In this document: positions 1-64,000 of the stretch, piece by piece
Layout: each line of letters opens with the position of its first letter
Position numbering within the stretch: position 1 is the stretch's first letter
Assembly (NCBI GenBank): GCA_002633005.1
Contig: NMRA01000028.1
Coordinates: 337,989-401,988 of the forward strand
Source: Phoronis australis
Lineage: Eukaryota > Animalia > Phoronida
Direction: 5' to 3'
DNA: 64,000 nucleotides
The notes under the pieces: generated by a model
What the model was told of the DNA's origin: nothing
The model's database searches: none
What the model saw: only the letters and a program-made list of their open reading frames with translations
Position numbers and translations under genes: made by a program

Positions 1-37
1 CCTAATTGTGACCGGGAAAACTTCACCGCCACTCAAA

Positions 38-96
38 AATCGCTAGTAAAAATGATCGCTAGTGAAAAGAATCACAAGTAAAAATGATCGCTAGTC
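38..96. repeat. Short degenerate tandem repeat (AAAAATGATCGCTAGT-like, about 3-4 copies)
   Basis: ATCGCTAGT recurs three times with A-rich spacers; probably part of a TE cut by the window start. Confidence 0.5.
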
Positions 97-370
97 AGGG
101 ACTCATCTAGCGGCCGTCCTATGGATGGCCCTTTTAAAAAAATGACGGCTTTGGACGGCACGGCCAAGACGGGAAAAAGACGGCCTGTTCCAAGACAACC
201 TCTGCGAAAATGAAGGCTAAACGAAGAATTTTATTATTTATTATTAATAAATTTTATTGAAACCTACAATTCATTGTTTAAGTTTGCTAAATATTAAGAA
301 ATAACTCGACAATAGGAACTTTTGCCGTCTAGTTTTACTATGAATGTCACAATGACGATGGGCAAATACT

Positions 371-412
371 GGCAGCCATCTTTGGGGAATACCTTCCTAT
401 TCTGTGACGTCA
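371..412. promoter_or_regulatory. YY1-like (GCAGCCATCTTT) and CRE (TGACGTCA, 405-412) motifs
   Basis: Motif matches only; no transcript linked. Confidence 0.3.
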
Positions 413-840
413 AGGTGACTTCATACGGAATCCCCCGCACGACCAGTGTCGAGAAATATTGCATCCAGCGCTAACTACCCATACATGGACACTTAATCTT
501 CGAAATTGAAGAACCCACACCCGAAGTTCAAAGAATTTGACGTACCCCTAATGCTAGTTGTTGACACGGAAGTTGAAGCGGCGGTCGATGTATTCGACGG
601 AGCAGCCAATTTGAAATAGCTGAGAACGTACACTTCGAGTTTGAAAAAAATGATACCCGCCGAAATTCTAGCATTGACCTGCCGTACAAATGCCATCAAT
701 GTCGTTGAACATGCAAACCAGATAAAACTTAGTGCAAACTTCCTTAGTTTGTTCGCATAGTTCCGTTGCAACTCGAACGAATGAATGAAAAAATATCAAA
801 AAATCCGCCCGGCGGAATGACTTGTATTGATGCGCGATAA

Positions 841-2473
841 TGCAGTCGGCATTTTTTCACTCAGGGTGCACACTTTTGTTTCAGAAATGGCATTTTATGA
901 AGTTTTAATTTCAGCTTTGAGACTTCTTTTATTGGATTCAACATGACATATGGAATGTCAGGTTCAATTTTTTGTGAAGTATCCTCATTTAGTTTTTAAG
1001 ATTTGGCCTGTTGAAATAACAAAAATAAGAAATGTGGGCTACGGAGAATACATCATTGGTATCGTTACATTCATGTAAGACTTAAATCTGGCTTAGAAAC
1101 AAGAAAGTTTATTACTCTGGTAACTCATGCACTTGATCACTGAACATCAATATAAAAAAACTAGGTTTATACCTGTGTGTGCTTCACAAGGTGTGAGTAC
1201 ACAAATGAAACATAGCAATTGTACTTAGTCCTTAGACATACTTAGCACTTAACTATCATCAGAGTCACATCACTGTCAAAAGGAATGTCTAATTCCATAA
1301 ACTGCCATCAAAGAAGTACTGGAAAACACTTTTCGTTATCAGTAAACATTGAATGCATAAATCTCACATAACACAGAGGTCATGGAGGGGGCTACGGAGA
1401 ATACGAAATGTGCAGATACCTGTTTATAAGTGGATGAACACTTGAGCAATGCAATACAATTCATTTGCTTGTTAATACCAACACTTCTGAATGACCAAAG
1501 AACATCCATGTTTTATTAATAACGAGTTTAAACTGAAAAAGTAATTTTAGCTAAACTTGCCTCAAATCCCACCCAAAAATATTTGTTTAATTGTTCTTGT
1601 CTTGGAGAGATTATTTGTTCCCATTTCCTCAGTACATGCACCTAGATACAAGTCTTTTTCAAACCATGTACCAACAATTCAAAGTTGGGGTCTACGGAGA
1701 ATACATTCTGCTACGGAGAATACGAAAGACATTTTTGCTTATGGTCAATTCAAATCCAGGGCTTGGTCTAATATTTTTTGTGGGCCAAAAATAGGTTCAA
1801 GATTCCCAATGTGCAGTATCAAAAATTTTTATTAATGGAAGAACTTAATGGAATACAGACATGACTACGGAGAATACACAGTTTTTCTTAGGTGACTGTG
1901 GTATTATTGGGTAGAGGAATCCAATCACTAGGACATCTGGTGCAAATATGTGGTTTCTAACTCATATTCTACATACCATCAACCATTAAAAAACAGTTCA
2001 AAACACTAGTAATGCTTTTCTTTTTCAGCCATGGCTGTAACAGAAGGAGCACATGCAAATTTACGTGTTTTGCACAACATTGACATTTTGCAAGTGTGCC
2101 TGAAAATTGTGTTTGACTTTTCAGATCCCTGCAATTTTCTGAAGACAAACAAGAAATACATGTTAGAATCATGAAAAACATTAAATTTCAATTAAATGTG
2201 TGATTTAATTAAATGCCGTGTGTATGAAAAACATGTAATGTTTCAGTGAAACAAAATAACGATGGATTTCTGGCTATTTTCAGCTATATCAAGGATTACT
2301 CTGGCCGTAATTAACATTTTTTCATACTTTAAAAGCCGTAAATGTCATAAGTACTGGTGCTAAAACAAGATCATCATATAAATATATGCCAAAGGTGAAG
2401 GAATTCTGTCAATATGATTGCATAACATAAAAAAATCTAAATTTGCACCCTGAGTGAAAAAATGCCGAGTGCA
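841..2473. mobile_element. Non-autonomous DNA transposon with 30-bp TIRs and internal CTACGGAGAATAC repeats
   Basis: 841-870 TGCAGTCGGCATTTTTTCACTCAGGGTGCA matches the reverse complement of 2444-2473 at 29/30. The 13-mer occurs at 1039, 1392, 1692, 1711 and 1865. No transposase ORF. Confidence 0.85.
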
Positions 2474-2757
2474 AACTTAACGAGAAAAAATGTGGTGTGT
2501 AATGTTGGTTACGTATTCAATGACTAACTTAGCATGAAAGTAAATGCCTCGAAATAGTTCAACTTTTTGTGGAATTCCATGATTATTGGGTGATTTGACT
2601 TTATCCTCTGTGTGTGGCATTGTGTGCCGTATATGGAAAAAGTAGGTCAGCCAGTCACGTGCACAGCACCTGTTACTTCGGCCGCGAACAAGTCTGGGGG
2701 ATTTGACTCTAAACTGTGAGAAAAGAATGGTTCTTTTTAAGAATAATTTTTTTGTAG

Positions 2758-4388
2758 CATGCTATGAAAGACTGTGATTGACTTTCGACCTGGTAAGTTT
2801 CAATTCAACAAAGCGTCCACTTATAATGCAATGCAAAAGACGTTAACAACTACGATGTCCCCGGCGACCACTGGCGACGCTTGTAGCCAAACGACGTGAA
2901 ATTTACGAGTAAAGCGCTCGGAAAAACGTTTAGAAACGTAAAGATATGAATGCCAAATTCAAACACAGAGTTTTGACGTTTTTTTTGGTCACGATCCTTT
3001 ACGAAGCCAAGTCTGGGTATACACGCGCGAGTGCACATACGCCCTCACTCCTATTTTCCAGCGGAGATTTTCGCCCTTGTTGAGCACTGGTTCTGAGTTG
3101 TGAATTTGTGGAGGACATGGTCTTGTTTTTGTAGACTCGTGAATTGCAGTACTGTGCAATGTAATGAAACGTAGACAAGTACTCTAGGATATATTTCTTC
3201 ATGTCCTTTTGAATGCAACTTAATTGTCTTCTCATAATTTTAAATGGTTTCTCAACTGCATTAAAGTAGTACACTTCTGTTTTGAGAGCTTCAAGATACA
3301 TTGAGTCATGTACTTACGTTGTGGACTATCTGTCTAAGTGACATGCAACTCTATGCAGATTATCATACTAAAAAGATTTACAGATCTTGATTTTTGAAGT
3401 CTAGTGACAATACACACATCCTGAATGGAACAAACCTCCTAATTTTTGTTTAGTTTCCCTATGTGCCGTCCTTTGAACAAGAAAAAGACATGCAAATAAG
3501 ATGCAAGGAAATGACCTTATTTATGTAACAATTTTTTCCTCGGTGGGTGGGGGAATCCCCCCCCTCCCCACCCCGACACCTCCCCCCAACCTCCCAACCC
3601 CACCCAAACAGGGCTTACTAATGAGAAACAGTAAGCTTTCTGATTCATTTATTTTATCGTGTCCGAGTTTACAAAAGATATTGTGCAGCAATGTAAATTA
3701 AAAATATTTCCAGGTGATCAGTGCAATGGGCCCACATGCGAGGCCTGCGCACGTCTGGTACAACGTGTATCAGATCGCCTGCAATTATAATTTTTTTTAA
3801 CGTAAATTATACTGCAGCTGTTTCACCAACCATAGCCCTGTGCCAAAATGACGATATTGAATGGAAACCAGTCTAAAATTCTCCATGGACTGGATTATAC
3901 TTCATCTGCTATGCTGGCCAACGCCAATCCACTATAACTGATTTATGTTTAGCAAGATGATATCAACAGAAGTTTTATTGTACGAATTAGTTTATTACGT
4001 CTAAAAAAATTTTTTTGTTTAACGTTCGTCACGTCGTGGATAATTGAAATTGAATTTTAATACTTGTTTGTACTCAAGTGTGTCTACAACTGTGTCTCAT
4101 AACACAAAACTGTTTTGTTGCTTCACATTTTGTAATATGCAGCTGGTTTGACATCGCCTGAGTTGTAACATGCCTATGCCATGCTCTGCTTTGTTTAAGT
4201 TTACTTATTCTATCACTTCAGTGATATAAACAAAGCTTTACTAGTTGAAATTAGGGATTTGCTATTTTTTGAAGTTGCATGAAACAGGCAAAGAAACGTG
4301 TATTTAACATTGCAATCTTTTTCATTCCTAGCAAGATATTCCTGAAGACGCGCCTGTGAATCCCTGTCCTGCCGTGTTCTGTTCCTAA
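2758..4388 (+). pseudogene. Candidate cryptic spliced Cys-rich peptide gene or pseudogene (exon-like blocks 2758-2792, 3714-3757, 4332-4388)
   Basis: Good acceptors (TTTTTTTGTAG, TATTTCCAG, TTCATTCCTAG) and donor GTAAGT at 2793. Phase-compatible reading KTVIDFRPGDQCNGPTCEACARLQDIPEDAPVNPCPAVFCS*, but an in-frame TGA or frameshift lies in the first block and the donor at 3758 (GTACAA) is weak. Confidence 0.3.
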
Positions 4389-4826
4389 CACAAGTTTTTT
4401 TTTGAGATTAAAGTATGTTGAGTGATACAAAACTCTTCATACACAGATCACACTATGCCAATTTGTCTTGCGAAACATCCTTTACCCAGATACTTCCACT
4501 ACGTGATGCTCGGGTTAAGGTCTTGCCTATGATGAGTAAACTTGTATAATGTACCAAAGTGCACCCAATTACATCTAGTTTTTCAAATTTTGTTTGCCAC
4601 AATCTCTAACTTTTGAGACACGTAAATTCAAGCAAAATTTGAATTTTTCGATTCGGAACATTGGGTCGATTTTTGCAGTCATCGTACTGCATTTGGGTGT
4701 AAACAGCATCTGAAAATAGACTACGCAGCCTGGCATATAATAAAATCATCCAAAATAGTCTGTTGACCAATGTTGGCTCAGGACACAGTCTTACCATTAG
4801 TAGTGAAAATTGTCCGAAACAAAAAA

Positions 4827-4848
4827 ATGGGATTGGAATTCTTCAAAA
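4827..4848 (+). CDS. Possible first coding exon of DDX3 (MGLEFFK), unverified
   Basis: AAAAATGG start context and a phase-1 GTATGT donor compatible with exon 5075. Lacks the usual DDX3 N-terminal NES, so it may be a chance match. Confidence 0.2.
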
Positions 4849-5074
4849 GTATGTCTAAATTGGCGTATACATGCATTTATTGACATACTGGTACTTGCTG
4901 AAGAACTCTAGTTTTGTAGGTATTTGGCTAATTACAGAGCCCTATCATTTATTGTCCCCTGCTCATGAGGTGTAGTTTAGGCATCTGTGGTGGTTGGGGA
5001 GAATTTAGTCAGTTTGTGTTAAATGCTCGTAAGTTCAGTGTGTGGTAATTCTGGTGATTCTTTGTTTTCTCTAG

Positions 5075-24819
<19,745 letters not shown>

Positions 24820-27250
24820 CTTTAGCCAGTCCAAGGGTACGCTTTTGCGTCCGTAGTGTACATCTAGATGAACAGCTGTTATATTCCTTTGCCTTTGTCA
24901 CCATTGTCAGCCACACTGGGACAACCTCTGCCTTACATGTAGGACATAGCTAACGCAGCCTTCAGTTGTTAAAGAAATAAGTATAATAGGATACAAAACA
25001 AGTTTGTATTTGGTTTACTGTACTTAATATGTGTGCAGTTAGAATTTAATCCTATCATTTGTCAGTTTCTTTTAGATTTCGTTGTTATGGCAACGTCACT
25101 CGAATATTTGCTGTTAGTGATAGCCTTATAGTGATTGTTAACCAAAGTTTTGAGACATGATCTGTTGTTTTTTTTTTTGTTGAGCACTTAGTTCAAAGTA
25201 TTTCGCAGGCCTTAGATGTTCAAGTATGGCCAAAAATTGATGCTGAATGTAACAATTGTCAGTGTGTGTGATTTGGTGCTGGAATGTAAGGCAATTGAGT
25301 GAACCAAATTTTTGAAATTATTCTAGGTTTTAGCATCTTTCGTCCATGTACTAATTGAGATATTGTAAGCTGTTGTCTTATAAATATAATCAACTTATTC
25401 AGAACTGATCCTGTATGTGGTGGTTTAACGGTGTCAGAGGCTTCTAGCTGATTCGTCTCGTTGCCAGACTTTGTGATTTTCCTTTTTCTATGTAGTTTGT
25501 CTAGTTAGGGCATGCCGTCCTGTATTGCTGGTTGAAGTAGTCAGACGCTGGGACTCTGGTCAAGTTGACGCAATCCTGAGCAGTTGGGGACCGTCGTCGC
25601 AGGTGGGAGACGCAGAAACGCACAATTATTGCTGACTGACTGACAAGTCACATGATGTGATGTGACGTGTGTATTAAACAATATCAGCCGGCGTAGGAAC
25701 TCGTCAATTTTGTATTAATCTGGGGGTTTTGTTGGAAAACCGCACGCGTGTAAACGTTTAATTAGTCATTTGGTATTTACAATTTTGTAAAGTATTAAAC
25801 AATGTACAGTGCGTTGACTGCTCAGAGGTTGTGTAGTTGTGGGAATGAGTCTGGTCCTTGTGGCAAGGGACCTCGTGGCGTCTTTCATATTTATTGTCAA
25901 CTGCGTTGCTTTTAACATTATCCATATGTGTATTTTAACCTTTTCTGTCAGACCATTGGGCTGTGTCTGACTTATAGACACGGTGTTTCTCCTAGTATCA
26001 TTTGTCTAATGCACGGACAACCAATTCTGGGGACTGGAATATTGTGAGATTTGTGTTAGCCAAATCATAAATTGTTAGATATTTTTTTGTGAAAATTCAA
26101 AGGGCGCACTCTCATTTAGGGATTGCTTTTATTTTCTGAGTATGTCCAGTGAGTTGACATATATCTGCGCTTAATTATGCCAAAGTGTTACAAGAACCTT
26201 AACTATTTACGTCACATTCCACCTAGAAAGCAGTCGCAAGTGTTTCTCGGTAATTCATGTTATGTTAATAAAAGACTAGATATCTACTATAGTAGTAACC
26301 GTGTGGCAATGTCGGTTAACTGTCAAGGGACCACACAATGGCAATTCATTACTTGTTGTGTATACAGTTTTCGTGCGAGAACACAAGCGTACATATTCGT
26401 GCGAGTGTTTTGTATTTTTATAAAATACTTAGTTTTTTATCTGTTATGTTTTCATTGCGTATTCAAAATGTGCGCACTCGCAGAGGTCCGCGTTCTGTTA
26501 ATTTGAAATTGGGGTTCTTTCTGGTCGGTTGTTGGAACTTAATAAATCAGGGAAGTGATGATTTGTTGAGGTGTTTCAAGTGGTCATTTCATTCTGTGTA
26601 AGATATTGTGAGTGTGTGTGTGTGTGTGTTAGTGGGCAGTTTGCCCTTATTACGTAAGGGTGGCACACAATTCATGCGCAGATATATTCATACATACACC
26701 ATTGTTATTTATTGTACTGGACCATTGTGCATACTCATGTAATTTTCGTTAGCCATTGCATTGAACACTTGAATAAGAATTTTGCCTTTCATCGAGCTAG
26801 TCATGTCATGAGTTTCATACCAGGATAAGTGCAACTGTCGTGTATTACTATTGGTGCTATTTCAGGAGTGTGTCTGAGCCATTTCATAACTGTACAATTG
26901 TTGTGTTCATTACACTGATATTGCAAGCTGCAGTAGGACTTCACTGTTTACTACATATGCCTGACTTGTTGCCAGCACTGTCAGAACAATATGTGATATT
27001 TAGGGGTTTTCAATTGTTGGTAAAAAATTTCTTTGAATCAGCGCAGACATGTCTTTTGTAAGCTAGAATTGTGTCTTGATGATAAATTGTTACTTGGAGT
27101 AATGTAGGACGGCATTTGGTACATTAAGAAATATTTTGTGTGTAGTTATTGTTTTTTTTTCCTTCCGTCTGGCCTTGATGTGCATACATTGACAAACTCC
27201 ACCATCTTTGGAAAATACATAAGTTAAAAATAAAGTAAACTCATTAATAC
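24820..27250 (+). other. Probable long DDX3 3' UTR
   Basis: U/GU-rich and free of obvious TEs; AATAAA at 26267 and 27229. Confidence 0.55.
27229..27234 (+). terminator. Candidate distal polyadenylation signal AATAAA
   Basis: Followed by a GT/T-rich downstream element (TTTGTTGTTATTTG). Confidence 0.5.
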
Positions 27251-27647
27251 TTGAAAATTTGTTGTTATTTGATCAAAGTTGTTGTGGTGTACCTGTATGG
27301 CTTGACAGGGTGATAGCACATGTGTACTATGGTTACTGTGCCGTTTAAATATATTTTGAGTTGCTAGAAATTATTTCTATGAAACATTTCAAACGGTACT
27401 AGCTCAAAACTCATCCTAATGCCTATTCCGAGGATAGGAGATTTTCAATAACTCAATCTTCCTGCTACTAGCATCGATTCATTTCCACAAAACAACAGTT
27501 ACCTGAATGAATAGACATCTGGAGGACTCTTAGATTCGTTTCAAATAGTCTTCATCACTTTGAACAGGTTGACAATAATAATGGCCAAATTGGGTTCACA
27601 TGATGTGATGAGACAAAGAAAGCAAAATAGTAATTTTTTTAACAATT

Positions 27648-27733
27648 ACTTTTTTCGGTGCTGCGCTGCCCATGCCCTTTTTAAAGCCCATGCCCTTTAA
27701 AAAGGGCATGGGCGGCGCAGCACCGAAAAAAGT
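27648..27733. repeat. Near-perfect palindrome, 39-bp arms with an 8-nt loop
   Basis: 27648-27686 vs reverse complement of 27695-27733: 38/39. Confidence 0.95.
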
Positions 27734-28295
27734 GGGGGCAATAGCACCCCCAGCCCCCTATGGTGCCCCGCCCATGATGGGCATTCTAGCGCCATCTTTG
27801 AAAACTATTGTTTTAAGGATGAACCCTTTTTTATGGCGAGTTCGGGTTTCGAATTGCACAAAAGAAACAGATTTTGTCTTGTACCCATGTGGGATCTTGA
27901 TTTCTTTTAAAGAGTAGCTCAGTGTTAATTAGGTCAAGTCGAATTACAACTTCACTTCGAGGTGGCGAATCTTCCCACTGAAATAACTAATGAGCTTTTT
28001 AGCTCCATACTGTTGTTATTCAAGCACTTATTATAAGAGCTCTGACAGTATCAAGAAAACAAAAACAAAAAGCCCCTGAACAAAACAATTGTACAATGGC
28101 TTTCAAGAGTTTCAAGTGATTGAGAAGTTAATTATTTACCAATACTACAGTGACAGACCAAGGACTTGATTAATTAAAAGAATTGTCAATTTATTCATAA
28201 TGTTCGGTTTATCACTGCGTTTGTTCATCCTCTCTCGCAAACAGCCTCTAAGATAAGCCTTTCAATGTCTTTAACTGAGTTTGTTATCGGACAAT

Positions 28296-28575
28296 TGCGC
28301 CCTCTAGTGAATGCGATCACAGGGTTCAATGTATCCCAGAATGCATTATTCGTCGCCAGTCTTCAGTGTGTGTAAATAGGAAGTGACTCAAAACTTATTA
28401 AATTTTATCGGAGGCGGTTGGTACTCCACAGTTGAACATGTTTACTTGGTGGACAATCGTAAGAACAGATCCTTAGTCGAACCGCAGAAGATAGATTGCC
28501 AAATTTGAGATTTAGGACCAATTTTCTTTATTCCTAAGGCGAACACTTTGTTGGGCCTGGTTTTGCAGTGAAAAT

Positions 28576-28583
<8 letters not shown>
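28296..28583 (+). promoter_or_regulatory. Probable promoter/5' UTR of the MAP4K gene
   Basis: CTCF-like TGCGCCCTCTAGTG (28296), ZNF143/Staf-like TATCCCAGAATGCATT (28332), ETS AGGAAGTG (28378), YY1-like AATATGGCG over the ATG; locally CpG-richer. Confidence 0.6.
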
Positions 28584-62250
<33,667 letters not shown>

Positions 62251-62411
62251 GTATGTAGCTTTTGCTCCAGGTATTATTGTAATTATGTATCTTGTACCCT
62301 CTGGTATTTAGGATCAGTTCCACCAGTCATTAACAAATTGCTTGAAGACTCAATGTTACGAGATCTAAGCTACCTTGTGCAAAAACATTGAAATATTTCT
62401 TCGTTTTGTGA

Positions 62412-64000
62412 TTTTTATGCGCCCACGTATACTATATGTGGCTGCATTTTGTTGTCACTTTGTTCTGTTGTCCAGGTATCTGCTCAATGTCTCAAAAACT
62501 CCTAGTCGCATTTTGATTAAATTTGGCACAAGGGTGTAGGGAATCATTGGAATGGTTCATGCCCTTTTCAATGTGCCCCACCCCCTGGGGTCAGGAAGGC
62601 ATAGCTTTTTATGTGCCCTCGTATTTATATGTGGGTACATTTTGACATCATCTCAGTCTGGGCGCCCAGGGTCCATGGCTGTATCACGTAAACCCCTTAC
62701 AGGATTTTACTGGAGGACGACCAGTTTTGGACTGACCCGAAAACCTCTGTGCCCTCTAGTGGCAATTTTAGTTCTTTACATTTTCTCTGTATCTTCAAAG
62801 GTCCTCGAGCGATTTTCATGAAATTTGGCATGTAAGCATTTATTAATGGGATTAGGCTATCCTTCCATTTTCGGATGGATTCGAGGCATTTTGCGTCATC
62901 TAGTGGCCATTTTTACTATTTTTGAGTCTGTTTTGGCGTCTGCCCTTCTGTCAACCAAACCACTCTAAGGATGGTTGTGAAAATTGGCATATGTGTCCTA
63001 AGTGTGAAGAGGACTGTTGACAATAATTTTGCGATGACTTCAACAACTTAGGCGCCTCCTAGTGGCAGTTTTATTTTTTGTGCCCATAGCTGTATCAGGA
63101 TCTTTATATGAAGTTGACAATGGATGACGACGACTTTCAGACGGATCCAACGAATGCTCTGTACCGTAGTGGCAATTTCATTTTTTTACGTTTTCCTCTT
63201 TTTCTCTGATTCGACAACTGCAGTGCGTCGTAGTGGCCATTTTGTCTGAGAGTGTTTTCGGATGATTTGTAGAGTTTTCGGATGATATGTAGAGAACCAT
63301 GTGAAGGGTTTCAATGAAAGTTGACTCAGAGGTTTGTGATGACAATGCAGCGGCACTATTAAATTTTCGTTAGATTTGACCATTGTATTACTTCCTAGCG
63401 GCCATTTTGTTTTTGACATGGACTTTTGAGGGAGGAGCATTTCCGGTTGATATCTAAAGAACCAATCGACAGATTTCCTTGAAACATGATGTAGAGTTTT
63501 GTGATGACAATGTAGCAGCACCATTGTACTTTCATGATGATTTGGCCACTGTAGCACCTCCTAGTGGCCATTTTGTTTTTGATGTGGGCTTTTGGAGTTT
63601 TTTGGGGAAGAGTGTTTCCAAATGATATCTAACGAATTGATCAACAGATTTCATTGAAACTTTATACAGAGGTATGTTCTGAGTTGGTGCTGGCACCATT
63701 TGATTTTCGTCTGTATTTGACCCTGCAGCGCCTCCTAATGTCCATTTTGTGTGAGAGCTATACTGGATGATATGTAAATAACTGAGGTAAGGGTTTCAAT
63801 GAAAATTGACTCGAAGATATGCTTGGGCAATGCAGCGCCACCATTCAGTTTCCACTGCAGCACCCCTGGCCACTTAGTTCTCAACATTTCCGGATAATAT
63901 CTATATTACTGATTGACAAATTTCAAAGAAACTTTACTCAGCAGTATATGATGATAATGTGGCTGCATCATTTGATTTTTGGACTGATTGAACTATTTTA
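62412..64000 (+). mobile_element. Helentron-associated (HINE/DINE-1-like) element, copy 2, with an expanded tandem core; runs off the window
   Basis: TTTTTATGCGCCCACGTATACTATATGTGG start and long colinear similarity to 12215-12912; repeated CCTAGTGGCCATTTT units. Confidence 0.7.

Noticed and set aside
493-771. Minus-strand ORF with a Ser/Thr-rich tail
   Set aside because: Non-ATG start, no recognisable domain or splice context; at most a TE remnant
1039-1877. Repeated 13-mers with unique spacers resembling a CRISPR array
   Set aside because: Repeats are too short, spacing is irregular (19-353 nt), they lie inside a TIR element, the DNA is eukaryotic and there are no cas genes
2759-2767. ATG CTA TGA read as a selenocysteine codon
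   Set aside because: Sec at codon 3 without redox context, and no SECIS that I could identify; a frameshift or non-coding exon is simpler
3847-3941. ATGACGA...CTGA and other RTGATGA hits (4529, 5881, 10152, 17616) as C/D snoRNAs
   Set aside because: No terminal stems or rRNA-complementary guides that I could recognise; such motifs are expected by chance in AT-rich introns

Overview
Eukaryotic (animal, probably marine invertebrate; species cannot be determined from sequence alone), AT-rich, intron-rich genomic DNA. It holds two head-to-tail + strand genes reconstructed by hand from GT-AG junctions and phase continuity. (1) A DDX3/PL10/Belle DEAD-box RNA helicase: 16 coding exons from 5075 to 24819, start exon(s) not securely found, long 3' UTR to about 27250. 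(2) A Msn/MAP4K4-TNIK-MINK Ste20 kinase: ATG at 28576, 18 exons to 62250, CNH domain runs off the window. Introns carry many non-autonomous DNA transposons (PIF/Harbinger-type MITEs including a self-nested pair, a CAGGG-ended MITE with 6-bp TSDs, a TA-flanked CCGTA element, Helentron-associated elements carrying CTCF-like motif arrays) and minisatellites. The most notable patterns are tandem repeats built out of the genes' own splice sites (five stacked donors, a perfect 55-bp duplicated acceptor, a GTGAGT 17-mer array), several candidate poison or micro-exons, and a possible cryptic spliced Cys-rich peptide (pseudo)gene upstream of the first visible DDX3 exon. No prokaryotic systems, CRISPR arrays, rRNA or convincing tRNA genes were seen.
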